64,000 nucleotides of DNA. Origin: Rebecca billardiae RCC1528 (lineage: Eukaryota; Protista; Haptophyta). The notes under the pieces were generated by a model that saw only the letters and a list, made by a program, of their open reading frames with translations, did not search any database and had not been told where the DNA came from. Below, one piece after another: positions 46,983 to 58,562 of the stretch. The position numbers and the translations under genes were made by a program. Position 1 is the stretch's first letter, and each line of letters starts with the position of its first letter. The stretch lies in contig OZ251239.1 in the NCBI GenBank assembly GCA_965240325.2, forward strand, positions 558,001-622,000, in the 5' to 3' direction.

Positions 46983-48491
46983 ATGGCCAACGTGAAGAGC
47001 CCCAGCTGTGATCACGCTGGCTGCACCAAGCAGCCTTCGTTCGGCATGCCGGGCGACGCGCGCGCCAGCCGGTGCGCTACGCACAAGCTGGCCGGCATGG
47101 TCGACGTGATGAACCGCAAGTGTGATCACGCTGGCTGCACCAAGCAGCCTTCGTTCGCCATGCCGGGTGGCGCGCGCGCCAGCCTGTGCGCTACGCACAA
47201 GCTGGCCGGCATGGTCGACTTCAAGCACCCCAAGTGTGATCACACCGGCTGCACCAAGGTGCCTTCATTCGGCATGCCGGGCGACGCGCGCGCCAGCCGG
47301 TGCGCTACGCACAAGCTGGCCGGCATGGTCGACGTGATGAACCGCAAGTGTGATCACGCTGGCTGCACCAAGCAGCCTTCGTTCGCCATGCCGGGTGGCG
47401 CGCGCGCCAGCCTGTGCGCTACGCACAAGCTGGCCGGCATGGTCGACGTGAGGAGCCCCAAGTGTGATCACGCTGGCTGCACCAAGAAGCCTTCATTCGG
47501 CATGCCGGGCGACGCGCGCGCCAGCCGGTGCGCTCCGCACAAGCTGGCCGGCATGGTCGACGTGAGGAGCCCCAAGTGTGATCACGCTGGCTGCACCAAG
47601 CAGCCTTCATTCGGCATGCCGGGCGACGCGCGCGCCAGCCGGTGCGCTCCGCACAAGCTGGCCGGCATGGTCGACGTGAGGAGCCCCAAGTGTGATCACG
47701 CTGGCTGCGCCAAGCAGCCTTCGTTCGGCATGCCGGGTGACGCGCGCGCCAGCCGGTGCGCTACGCATAAGCTGGCCGGCATGGTCGACGTGAGGAGCCC
47801 CAAGTGTGATCACGCGGGCTGCACCACGCGGCCTTCGTACGGCATGCCGGGCGACGCGCGCGCCAGCCGGTGCGCTACGCATAAGCTGGCCGGCATGGTC
47901 GACTTCAAGCACCCCAAGTGTGATCACACCGGCTGCACCAAGGTGCCTTCGTACGGCATGCCGGGCGACGCGCGCGCCAGCCGGTGCGCTACGCACAAGC
48001 TGGCCGGCATGGTTGATAGTCGTCTCGCCGTCCCCAAGCGCAGGCTGGAGCATGGCACGGATGGCACCGGCGACCAGGGCACGCGCGCCGCGAAGCGACG
48101 GCACAAACCCACCAGCTGCGTTGCCGCTGTTTCGGACGCCGCGCCGCAGCTTTCACCACCGCCGCCGCTGGTCCCTGTCAGCATCGTCCGCTGGCGCTCG
48201 CCAGATGGCACGATCCATTCGGTTGACGACGGGGTGGTCAATAATGGTGTCTCAGTCTGGGCCCTGGACGAGCGGTATCAGCGTGGCAACGCAGGTGAGA
48301 ACGCAATCCGGGCTGCCCATGCCGGCCATGGAATCTACGACCAGGGTCTACCAGCACGCATCAACACCACAGCGGTGCCAGCACTACCGCCGTCACCATC
48401 GATGGTGGTGGGAGCAGCACGCCGGCAGCAACCGCAGGACATACCTGTGGTGATGGCCAGGAGGGCCAGGGTCCGGGACGCTGCAGGCTGA
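46983..48491 (+). CDS. EsV-1-7-like Cys/His tandem-repeat protein, copy 1 (9 x 38-aa repeats + 160-aa tail with basic NLS-like motifs)
   Basis: Unit MVDVRSPKCDHAGCTKQPSFGMPGDARASRCATHKLAG (C-x4-C-x16-C-x2-H) matches the EsV-1-7 cysteine repeat pattern. Tail contains PKRR and AAKRRHK. Confidence 0.85.
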   Translation: MANVKSPSCDHAGCTKQPSFGMPGDARASRCATHKLAGMVDVMNRKCDHAGCTKQPSFAMPGGARASLCATHKLAGMVDFKHPKCDHTGCTKVPSFGMPGDARASRCATHKLAGMVDVMNRKCDHAGCTKQPSFAMPGGARASLCATHKLAGMVDVRSPKCDHAGCTKKPSFGMPGDARASRCAPHKLAGMVDVRSPKCDHAGCTKQPSFGMPGDARASRCAPHKLAGMVDVRSPKCDHAGCAKQPSFGMPGDARASRCATHKLAGMVDVRSPKCDHAGCTTRPSYGMPGDARASRCATHKLAGMVDFKHPKCDHTGCTKVPSYGMPGDARASRCATHKLAGMVDSRLAVPKRRLEHGTDGTGDQGTRAAKRRHKPTSCVAAVSDAAPQLSPPPPLVPVSIVRWRSPDGTIHSVDDGVVNNGVSVWALDERYQRGNAGENAIRAAHAGHGIYDQGLPARINTTAVPALPPSPSMVVGAARRQQPQDIPVVMARRARVRDAAG

Positions 48492-48561
48492 TGAAGTCGT
48501 GAAGCGTGGCTGCATATCGTTTTGGCCCTTTCAGAATTCAGGAAATAAAGGGTTTAGTGAT

Positions 48562-50346
48562 GGGAGTTGGCACTACCAAACCGAGCTCAGAATGAGGAGT
48601 GTACCGAGCTCAGCGGATGTACCATGGTACACTTTATTGGTACATTGAATTGATGGTGACACACCGTAGTATTGGCAATACTGCTAGTATTGGCGGTATT
48701 CATGACTACTCATGTCCGAGAGATGTCGTACCAAATGTACCGCCAATGGTGTATATATACCAATTATGTACCGACAATGTGTACCAACGCATCCCGGTGA
48801 CAATGTACCAAAGTAAGTCATTGGGTGTACCATGGTACACTTTGGTATACACTTTGGTACATTTTGGTACATTTTTGAATGTATACCAGCAGTGTCGTCA
48901 ACTGCTCCGCGCTCCAAAAATGTACCAACTCCTCCCAAGAATGTACCAACATGTACCAACGTCGCCTAAAAATGTACCAAATGTACCAATAACTCATATC
49001 CCCAAGATGTACCAAAATGTACCACAGCAGCCAGCGATTCGGAGCTGGTACACTTCATGAGTGTACCAGTACATCAGGGTGCCGGACCGCGATCGCGGCT
49101 GACTCGGCTGCTTCCCAATAATGTACTAGACGAGTCGTGCGGGGGACGAGTGCGCCCATCATCGACATGGCGGGCACGCTCGACATCGACGACGTTACGT
49201 GGGACGGCCACTTTGACCCCGAGCTCAAGCACGACGAGCCCCTGCGGGAGGCCGAGCGGGTGCCGAGCGGGCGCTATCCTAAGTATCTGAGAGCTCGAGC
49301 AATCCCTCCAAGTCCAACAGCGCGACACCAGTGTCGAGGCAGTCATGATGACGGCGGACATCCGCCGACTCAACCCCGTCTTCGCAAGCTTGGGGACGTC
49401 TAAGGAGGGTGGGAAAGCCGATGCCGTGCTCACCCCTCTCTACTCGCGCATGGCCACCCGGCAAGCTGACTACGGCAGCGCGAGGCACGCGGCGGCTTGG
49501 CTGCTGCAGCAGCCAGCCACCAGCATGCCGCACACGACAGGTGGCGTGCCCGCTGCTGCGCCCGGCCTAAGGGCAGATGTGGCGCGGCCGCCGGCGGACG
49601 ACGCGCAGGCCGAGGTCGGCCGCGCCGGCCTGATGCGCCTGCCTGATGCGCCGCATGTGCGTCGCCACGGGCACCGGCCGCAGCGGTCGCCGGCCGGCGG
49701 ATGCCGTCATGCGCGCGCGTGCGCGCTCAGCAGGCCGCGCGCGGTGGGCGAGCGGAACGCGCACGCGTGCGCGATCGCTCGAATGCGCTGCGCCCGCGCC
49801 ACTGCGCGTGACTGTGTGCGCGCACCCACGCACCGGGCCTTTTCACTCGTGCCAGGCGTGCACGTGGCTCAGCACGCAGCCACGACCGCCGCAGCGGCCC
49901 TTGCGTCGGGAGCAGGGGCGGGGAGCGGGCGCACACCGCGCGCTGCACGACGCGTGTGTGCTGCAGCGTACGCAGCCCAGCACATGCTCGACCGCGCGAG
50001 CGTGCTGTCGACCGACCAGGCACGGGCGTGGAATGCGCCGCTTGCGACGCCATCGCTCCGTTGCTGGTATACATTTGGGAGAGTTGGTACATTTGGTACA
50101 TTTTGGTACCTTTTAGGATACGTTGGTACATTCTTTGGACGAGTTGGTACATTTTGGTCGGATTTGGTACACCTGGTACATATCTCGGTGCGAACTGGTA
50201 CATTTCGATACATTTGGTACAGCATTTTGGTACACGTTGGTACACTTGAAAAATGTACCAACCTGTACCAAAGTGTACCAAAATGTACCATGGTACATCG
50301 CCTGAGCTCGGTACACTCCGGTTCTGAGCTCGGTTTGGTCGATCTA
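48562..50346. mobile_element. 1.78-kb non-autonomous DNA transposon (possible hAT deletion derivative), copy A
   Basis: Absent from the equivalent spacer at 63121-63140. AGTGAT duplicated at 48556-61 and 50347-52. ~57-bp subterminal inverted repeat (48575-48631 vs 50284-50339). Arrays of TGTACCA at left and TGGTACA at right. Remnant RQADYGSARHAAAWLL resembles hAT LHAAAYxL. Confidence 0.75.
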
Positions 50347-52609
50347 AGTGATCCCAACGTTGGCGGCTTGGCGCCTTTTCACGCATCGCCACATACGCGC
50401 GTCGCGCTCCTTCTGGCGATCCGGTGTTTACGATAGGCGGATGCAGGGGTTGCCTGGGGCCGCCAGTCGCCACGGGGGGGGGACAGGGCGGCGAGGCAGC
50501 GCCCGCCCGGCAGCACATCGCCCCCCCCGTGGACGCTGACTCAAGCCGCACCCACCCCAGCGCGGCGATCCCACGCCAGGGAGGGCGGGCGGGAGGCGGA
50601 GGAGCGCCGCTGGCTGTCCGTGAGTGTGCCGGCGCCGCCGCGGCCTGCCGCCCGGGGGCCCCGGGCCCGGGCGGGGCCGCTGTGCTCAGGCGTCGGCCGG
50701 GGCAGGGTGCGCCGGGGGGCAGTCGCGGCGGAAGCGGTCGGCTGCACGACGTGGGCTGCCCTGACCGGCCCCGAAGGTGCGCCTGTCACGCCGAGGGTCG
50801 GCCCTCCTGCAGGTACGCTCACTTTCCGCTTGGTACCCGCGCCGCAAAGGCGAGCTGCTTCCGACTCACATCTCGTCACCGTGCGGTCACTCCGGCGATG
50901 CCGCTGCGAGCGCCGAGCCCGCGTCCGGCCAGGTATACGCCCACCTAGCGGGGAGGGGCACGGGCGGCGGCGGAGCAGCGACGCGGCAGTCATAACGCGA
51001 TAACCGCCGCGGACTGCCAAACCCACCACTCCCGTCGCGTCGGCCATCGCCCCATAACCGCGCGCGCGTCGCGCTCCTTCTGGCGATCCGGTGTTTACGA
51101 TAGGCGGATGCAGGGGTTGCCTGGGGCCGCCAGTCGCCACGGGGGGGGGCAGGGCGGCGAGGCAGCGCCCGCCCAAAGAGGCGCAGCGCCAGGCGCCACG
51201 CCGGCGTGGCCGGCGTCGGCCGGCGCGGCCGAGGCCAGGCCCGGCCCCGACCCCCAGAGGCGCAGCGCCCTGCCCACCACCACGCCGCACGCCGCCGGTG
51301 TGAGGCCGCGGAGCGGCGGACTGGGTGCCCCCCCCCCCTCCCCCCCAGCGCTCAGCCCCTGCCAGAGGTCGCCGAGAGCCCGCAGCGACCGGCGGACCAC
51401 AGGACCACTGGCGTAACCCGCCCGTCGTCGCGCGCCGGCACAGGCCAGGCGAAGCGCTGCAGGTGACCCGCAGGCCACGCCGTCCACTTGCCCGACGAAA
51501 CCGCCCAGCAGCACGCGCGCACCGCCGCCGCCGCCGCCGGCCGGCGAGAGCGCATGCGCCCGAGCCGTCGCGGAACACACCCGAGCCGACATGAGGCGCA
51601 GGTATCGACGTCGGCTTGCCGACAACGTCGTCAACCACGCGCGATGAGCGGTGCACGCGCGGGCGGATCGGAGCGCGCGCATGATAAACGGCGCATGATA
51701 CTCGGCGCGCGCGCATGACGGCGCGCGCGCATGATGATCGGCGCTGGTCGGTGCGCGCGCATGATGATCGTCACGCGATGATCGGCGCGCGCGCATGACC
51801 ATGCGCGCGCGTGACGAATTCGCCGCAACGGCTCGCGCGAGAGGCACAAGGCGATTGACGATGAACGCGACCACGTTCGAGCGCTCGAGCGAAGCAGGAG
51901 GTGATGAGTGAGGAAGATGGCACAGGAATGGGAGAGGAACGCGTGGCGCGTGGCGGGAAGGGCCAGGCACGCTCGGCGTGAGGAAAGGAACGCGCGTAGA
52001 AACGGAACGGAACGGAAAGCAGCGGTTCGAGCGATAGACAGGAGGTGATTGACGACGATGAGCGCGTGCGCGCTCGAGCGACGCAGAAGGTGACGAGCGA
52101 GGAAGACCAAGGCCAGGTGAAAGCGCCGCAGGTGGCCAGTGGGCCACGTCGCTTTTCGCGCCCGAAAACGCCCAGCAGCGCGCGCGCCCCGCTGCAGTGG
52201 CAGCCGACCGGCGAGAGCTGCATCCGCCAGGGCCGCCACGCGGCGCAGGTATCAACGCCGGCCCGCCGACAACGTCGTCCCCGACACCCCGGCCACAGAC
52301 ACCACGTACACCCATGTAAGCGCGCCGAAAGGTGCGCGCGAGGATGGCGCACTCGGCACCCGAATGATGATGATGGTTGCGCGGAGCACGAATGATGATC
52401 GGCGCGCGCGGGTATCAACGCCAGCCCGCCGACGACGTCGTCCCCCACGCCCCGGCCACAGACACCACGTACGCCCATGTAAGCGCGCCGAAAGGTGTGT
52501 GCGATGATGGCACGCTCGGCACCCGGATGATGATGCGATGGTTACGCTGAGCACGAAGTGATGATCGGCGCGCGCACATGATGATGATCGGCGCGCGCGC
52601 ATGAGAAGA

Positions 52610-53272
52610 CAGGTGCGAGTGACGCGCGGAGAAGATGCGCGCGGAGACGATAGGCGCGGAGGACATAGGCGCAAGTAACGCGCGGAGGAGATAGGCGCAA
52701 GTAACGCGCGGAGAAGATAGGCGCAAGTAACGCGCGGAGAAGATATAGTAGGCGCAAGTAACGCGCGGAGACAGGCGCAAGTAACGCGCGGAGAAGATAG
52801 GCGCAAGTAAACGCGCGGAGAAGATATAGTAGGCGCAAGTAACGCGCGGAGACAGGCGCAAGTAACGCGCGGAGAAGATAGGCGCAAGTAACGCGCGGAG
52901 AAGATATAGTAGGCGCAAGTAACGCGCGGAGACAGGCGCAAGTAACGCGCGGAGAAGATAGGCGCAAGTAAACGCGCGGAGAAGATATAGTAGGCGCAAG
53001 TAACGCGCGGAGACAGGCGCAAGTAACGCGCGGAGAAGTAGATAGTATAGGCGCAAGTAACGCGCGGAGGAGGTATAGGCGCAAGTGACGCGCGGAGACA
53101 GGCGCAAGTAACGCGTGGGGAAGTAGATATAGTAGGCGCAAGTAACGCGCGGAGAAGTAGATAGGCGCAAGTGACGCGCGGAGACAGGCGCAAGTAACGC
53201 GCGGAGAAGTAGATAGTAGGCGCAAGTAACGCGCGGAGATGAGATAGGCGCAAGTGACGCGCGGAGAAGATA
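52610..53272. repeat. Minisatellite, ~22 copies of core AGGCGCAAGTAACGCGCGGAG with short variable linkers
   Basis: Direct count of GGCGCAAGT cores. Linkers AC, AAGAT and AAGATATAGT recur cyclically. Confidence 0.9.
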
Positions 53273-53319
53273 GGGTGCGCACACGATGATCGGCGCATGA
53301 TGATCGGCGCGCGCGCGAG

Positions 53320-53399
53320 GGATAGACAGATAGACAGATAGACAGATAGACAGATAGACAGATAGACAGATAGATAGACAGATAGATAGACAGATAGAC
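53320..53399. repeat. (GATA/GACA)n microsatellite
   Basis: gatagacagatagacagata... visible directly. Confidence 0.92.
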
Positions 53400-54979
53400 G
53401 CGCGAGTGAGCGACGGCGAGCTGTAGAGAAGGGTGAGTCGTGCGGCGGCGAGTGGCGGCGGCGTGCTTGCAGCGCGGCAGCGGCGTGCGGCGAGCGCGAA
53501 CACGCGGAGCGCGCGCGGCTCCGCTGTTGCGCCCCGAGGGGCCCGCGCCGAAGAAGCGCGCTCGCTCGAGCGGGGGGCAGATCGAAGGTGATGAAGCGCG
53601 CGGTTCCGCTCAAGCGAAGTAGAAGGTGATGAGCGACGAGTGTGCCCGACGGACGACAGCGCAACGACACCTCACGCGCCGCCCCGCCGGCCGCCCAACA
53701 GATGGCCGAGAACGGGACGCCGAAGTAGCATGTGTGCGCTCACTGCCCGCGCCGCCGACATGCGCTCCAGCTCGGACGAAGGGCAGAAGGTGTTGTTGAG
53801 CGCGCCCCCGCGAGCGCGCAGCAGCTGGTGAGGAGCGTGTTGTTGAGTACGCCCCCGCGAGCGCGCAGCAGCTGGTGAGGAGCGTGGAGCGTGCCCGACA
53901 CACGCCCGCTGGCGCCGCCCCGCCGTGCGCCCAGCCGCCGGACGCTGCCGATGGACGCAGAAGCAGCATGGATGCGCACGAGTCTCGTCCAGCGCCAAAA
54001 TGCGCTCGCGCGCGAGCGAGGCAGACAGCGCCGAGCGCGCCCACGCTCGAGCGAAGCAGGTGGAGATGAGCGAGGAGCGCGCACGACGGACGGCAGCGCA
54101 CCGGCACCTCACTTACCACCCCGATGTGCGTCCCCGATGTGCGCCCGGCCACCGGACGCCTCAGAAGGACACCCAGCACAAGCGTGGTCGCGCACGAGCG
54201 GATGAGAGAAGCAGAAGGCGCTGAGCGTTCCCCTCGAGTAAAGCAGTGGGCCATGAGGAGGAGGGAGCACGACGGACGGCAGTGCCCAGCACCTCGCGCT
54301 CCGCCTCGCAGTGCGCACGACCGTCGGATGCCGCCGCAGAAGGACGCCGAAGCAGCATCGTGAGAGTTCGAGCGTGATGCACGCGCACCACGCCAGGGGG
54401 GGACAACGAGGAACGGGGAGCGAAGGAGGCGGAGGAGCGCCGCTGGCTGTCCGTGAGTGTGCCGGCGCCGCCGCGGCCTGCCGCCCGGGGGCCCCGGGCC
54501 CGGGCGGGGCCGCTGTGCTCAGGCGTCGGCCGGGGCAGGGTGCGCCGGGGGGCAGTCGCGGCGGAAGCGGTCGGCTGCACGACGTGGGCTGCCCTGACCG
54601 GCCCCGAAGGTGCGCCTGTCACGCCGAGGGTCGGCCCTCCTGCAGGTACGCTCACTTTCCGCTTGGTACCCGCGCCGCAAAGGCGAGCTGCTTCCGACTC
54701 ACATCTCGTCACCGTGCGGTCACTCCGGCGATGCCGCTGCGAGCGCCGAGCCCGCGTCCGGCCAGGTATACGCCCACCTAGCGGGGAGGGGCACGGGCGG
54801 CGGCGGAGCAGCGACGCGGCAGTCATAACGCGATAACCGCCGCGGACTGCCAAACCCACCACTCCCGTCGCGTCGGCCATCGCCCCGAATATCCTTGGTT
54901 CGGCAGCCCCTGCCCCCTGCAGGCCGGGCGACGCGCGCGCCAGGCCGCCAGCCGGTGCGCCACGCACAAGCTTGCCGGC

Positions 54980-56710
54980 ATGGTCGACGTGAGGAGCCCA
55001 GAGTGTGATCACGCCGGCTGCACCACGTGGCCTTCGTACGGCATGCCGGGCGACGCGCGCGCCAGCCGGTGCGCCACGCACAAGCTGGCCGGCATGGTCG
55101 ACGTGAAGAACCTCGAGTGTGATCACGCCGGCTGCACCACGCGGCCTTCGTTCGGCATGCCGGGCGACGCGCGCGCCAGCCGGTGCGCCACGCACAAGCT
55201 GGCCGGCATGGTCGACGTGGTGAACCGCAAGTGTGATCACGTCAGTTGCACCAAGCAGCCTTCGTTCGGCATGCCGGACGGCGCGCGCGCCAGCCGGTGC
55301 GCTACGCACAAGCTGGCCGGCATGGTTGACGTGAAGCGCCGCAAGTGTGATCACACCGGCTGCACCAAGCAGCCTTCGTTCGGCATGCCGGGCGACGCGC
55401 GCGCCAGCCGGTGTGCGACGCACAAGCTGGCCGGCATGGTCGACGTGAGGAGCCCCAAGTGTGATCACGCGGGCTGCACCAAGCAGCCTTCGTACGGCAT
55501 GCCGGGCGACGCGCGCGCCAGCCGGTGCGCTACGCATAAGCTGGCCGGCATGGTCGACGTGAAGAGCCGCAATTGTGATCACACCGGCTGCACCAAGAAG
55601 CCTTCGTTCGGCATGCCGGGCGACGCGCGCGCCAGCCGGTGCGCTACGCACACGCTGGCCGGCATGGTCGACTTCAAGCACCCCAAGTGTGATCACACCA
55701 GCTGCACCAAGGAGCCTTCGTACGGCATGCCGGGCGACGCGCGCGGCAGCCGGTGCGCCACGCACAAGCTGGCCGGCATGATCAACTTGAAGCGCCCCAT
55801 GTGTGATCACGTCAGTTGCACCAAGGAGCCTTCGTTCGGCATGCCGGGCGACGCGCGCGCCAGCCGGTGCGCTACGCACAAGCTGGCCGGCATGGTCGAC
55901 GTGAAGAGCCGCAATTGTGATCACACCGGCTGCACCAAGAAGCCTTCGTTCGGCATGCCGGGCGACGCGCGCGCCAGCCGGTGCGCTACGCACACGCTGG
56001 CCGGCATGATCAACGTGAAGCACCCCAGCTGTGATCACGCTGGCTGCACCAAGCAGCCTTCGTTCGGCATGCCGGGCGATGCGCGCGCCAGCCGGTGCGC
56101 TACGCACAAGCTGGCCGGCATGGTCGACGTGAGGAGCCCCAAGTGTGATCACGCCGGCTGCACCACGCGGCCTTCGTACGGCATGCCGGGCGACGCGCGC
56201 GCCAGCCGGTGCGCTACGCACAAGCTGGCCGGCATGGTTGATAGTCGTCTCGCCGTCCCCAAGCGCAGGCTGGAGCATGGCACGGATGGCACCGGCGACC
56301 AGGGCACGCGCGCCGCGAAGCGACGGCACAAACCCACCAGCTGCGTTGCCGCTGTTTCGGACGCCGCGCCGCAGCTTTCACCACCGCCGCCGCTGGTCCC
56401 TGTCAGCATCGTCCGCTGGCGCTCTCCAGATGGCACGATCCATTCGGTTGACGACGGGGTGGTCAATGATGGTGTCTGGGCCCCGGACGAGCGGTATCAG
56501 CGTGGCAACGCAGGTGAGAACGCAATCCGGGCTGCCCATGCCGGCCATGGAATCTACGTCCAGGGTCTACCAGCACGCATCAACACCACAGCGGTGCCAG
56601 CACTACCGCCGTCACCATCGATGGTGGTGGGAGCAGCACGCCGGCAGCAACCGCAGGACATACCTGTGGTGATGGCCAGGAGGGCCAGGGTCCGGGACGC
56701 TGCAGGCTGA
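54980..56710 (+). CDS. EsV-1-7-like tandem-repeat protein, copy 2 (11 repeats + 158-aa tail)
   Basis: Intact ORF with the same 38-aa unit and tail as copy 1 but different repeat variants and order. Confidence 0.85.
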   Translation: MVDVRSPECDHAGCTTWPSYGMPGDARASRCATHKLAGMVDVKNLECDHAGCTTRPSFGMPGDARASRCATHKLAGMVDVVNRKCDHVSCTKQPSFGMPDGARASRCATHKLAGMVDVKRRKCDHTGCTKQPSFGMPGDARASRCATHKLAGMVDVRSPKCDHAGCTKQPSYGMPGDARASRCATHKLAGMVDVKSRNCDHTGCTKKPSFGMPGDARASRCATHTLAGMVDFKHPKCDHTSCTKEPSYGMPGDARGSRCATHKLAGMINLKRPMCDHVSCTKEPSFGMPGDARASRCATHKLAGMVDVKSRNCDHTGCTKKPSFGMPGDARASRCATHTLAGMINVKHPSCDHAGCTKQPSFGMPGDARASRCATHKLAGMVDVRSPKCDHAGCTTRPSYGMPGDARASRCATHKLAGMVDSRLAVPKRRLEHGTDGTGDQGTRAAKRRHKPTSCVAAVSDAAPQLSPPPPLVPVSIVRWRSPDGTIHSVDDGVVNDGVWAPDERYQRGNAGENAIRAAHAGHGIYVQGLPARINTTAVPALPPSPSMVVGAARRQQPQDIPVVMARRARVRDAAG

Positions 56711-56780
56711 TGAAGTCGTGAAGCGTGGCTGCATATCGTTTTGGCCCTTTCAGAATTCAGGAAATAAAGGGTTTAGTGAT

Positions 56781-58562
56781 GGGAGTTGGCACTACCAAAC
56801 CGAGCTCAGAATGAGGAGTGTACCGAGCTCAGCGGATGTACCATGGTACACTTTATTGGTACATTGAATTGGTGACACACCGTAGTATTGGCAATACTGC
56901 TAGTATTGGCGGTATTCATGACTACTCATGTCCGAGAGATGTCGTACCAAATGTACCGCCAATGGTGTATATATACCAATTATGTACCGACAATGTGTAC
57001 CAACGCATCCCGGTGACAATGTACCAAAGTAAGTCATTGGGTGTACCATGGTACACTTTGGTATACACTTTGGTACATTTTGGTACATTTTTGAATGTAT
57101 ACCAGCAGTGTCGTCAACTGCTCCGCGCTCCAAAAATGTACCAACTCCTCCCAAGAATGTACCAACATGTACCAACGTCGCCTAAAAATGTACCAAATGT
57201 ACCAATAACTCATATCCCCAAGATGTACCAAAATGTACCACAGCAGCCAGCGATTCGGAGCTGGTACACTTCATGAGTGTACCAGTACATCAGGGTGCCG
57301 GACCGCGATCGCGGCTGACTCGGCTGCTTCCCAATAATGTACTAGACGAGTCGTGCGGGGGACGAGTGCGCCCATCATCGACATGGCGGGCACGCTCGAC
57401 ATCGACGACGTTACGTGGGACGGCCACTTTGACCCCGAGCTCAAGCACGACGAGCCCCTGCGGGAGGCCGAGCGGGTGCCGAGCGGGCGCTATCCTAAGT
57501 ATCTGAGAGCTCGAGCAATCCCTCCAAGTCCAACAGCGCGACACCAGTGTCGAGGCAGTCATGATGACGGCGGACATCCGCCGACTCAACCCCGTCTTCG
57601 CAAGCTTGGGGACGTCTAAGGAGGGTGGGAAAGCCGATGCCGTGCTCACCCCTCTCTACTCGCGCATGGCCACCCGGCAAGCTGACTACGGCAGCGCGAG
57701 GCACGCGGCGGCTTGGCTGCTGCAGCAGCCAGCCACCAGCATGCCGCACACGACAGGTGGCGTGCCCGCTGCTGCGCCCGGCCTAAGGGCAGATGTGGCG
57801 CGGCCGCCGGCGGACGACGCGCAGGCCGAGGTCGGCCGCGCCGGCCTGATGCGCCTGCCTGATGCGCCGCATGTGCGTCGCCACGGGCACCGGCCGCAGC
57901 GGTCGCCGGCCGGCGGATGCCGTCATGCGCGCGCGTGCGCGCTCAGCAGGCCGCGCGCGGTGGGCGAGCGGAACGCGCACGCGTGCGCGATCGCTCGAAT
58001 GCGCTGCGCCCGCGCCACTGCGCGTGACTGTGTGCGCGCACCCACGCACCGGGCCTTTTCACTCGTGCCAGGCGTGCACGTGGCTCAGCACGCAGCCACG
58101 ACCGCCGCAGCGGCCCTTGCGTCGGGAGCAGGGGCGGGGAGCGGGCGCACACCGCGCGCTGCACGACGCGTGTGTGCTGCAGCGTACGCAGCCCAGCACA
58201 TGCTCGACCGCGCGAGCGTGCTGTCGACCGACCAGGCACGGGCGTGGAATGCGCCGCTTGCGACGCCATCGCTCCGTTGCTGGTATACATTTGGGAGAGT
58301 TGGTACATTTGGTACATTTTGGTACCTTTTAGGATACGTTGGTACATTCTTTGGACGAGTTGGTACATTTTGGTCGGATTTGGTACACCTGGTACATATC
58401 TCGGTGCGAACTGGTACATTTCGATACATTTGGTACAGCATTTTGGTACACGTTGGTACACTTGAAAAATGTACCAACCTGTACCAAAGTGTACCAAAAT
58501 GTACCATGGTACATCGCCTGAGCTCGGTACACTCCGGTTCTGAGCTCGGTTTGGTCGATCTA
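56781..58562. mobile_element. 1.78-kb non-autonomous DNA transposon, copy B
   Basis: Nearly identical to 48562-50346 (3 bp shorter), same insertion point, AGTGAT at 56775-80 and 58563-68. Confidence 0.75.

Larger units (their letters stand above)
50393..54886 (-). mobile_element. Non-autonomous split-direct-repeat element (Ngaro/PAT/TOC1-like architecture)
   Basis: Repeat A (462 bp) at 50592-51053 and 54425-54886; repeat B (~112 bp) at 50396-50508 and 51063-51174. On the minus strand the order is A1-internal-B1-A2-B2. Absent from the equivalent spacer at ~58600. No RT or recombinase ORF. Confidence 0.7.

Noticed and set aside
48599-50551. Tyr/Val/Pro-rich ORFs (MYQ/VPN repeats)
   Set aside because: Translations of the TGTACCA subterminal arrays, not plausible proteins.
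52610-53272. CRISPR-like repeat/spacer appearance
   Set aside because: Linkers are only 2-12 bp and recur rather than being unique; no cas genes; eukaryotic context.
52252-53670. Repetitive minus-strand ORFs (SPRVTCA/FSARYLRL)
   Set aside because: Artefacts of the minisatellite lacking stop codons.
48290-54930. Splicing from AG|GTGAG in the tail to CTGCAG upstream of the next array, making one giant protein
   Set aside because: The obvious donor/acceptor pairs do not rejoin the repeat reading frame; no support without RNA data.
56781-58562. Independent site-specific insertion of the 1.78-kb element twice
   Set aside because: Near identity of the element and both flanks is more simply explained by one insertion followed by segmental duplication.
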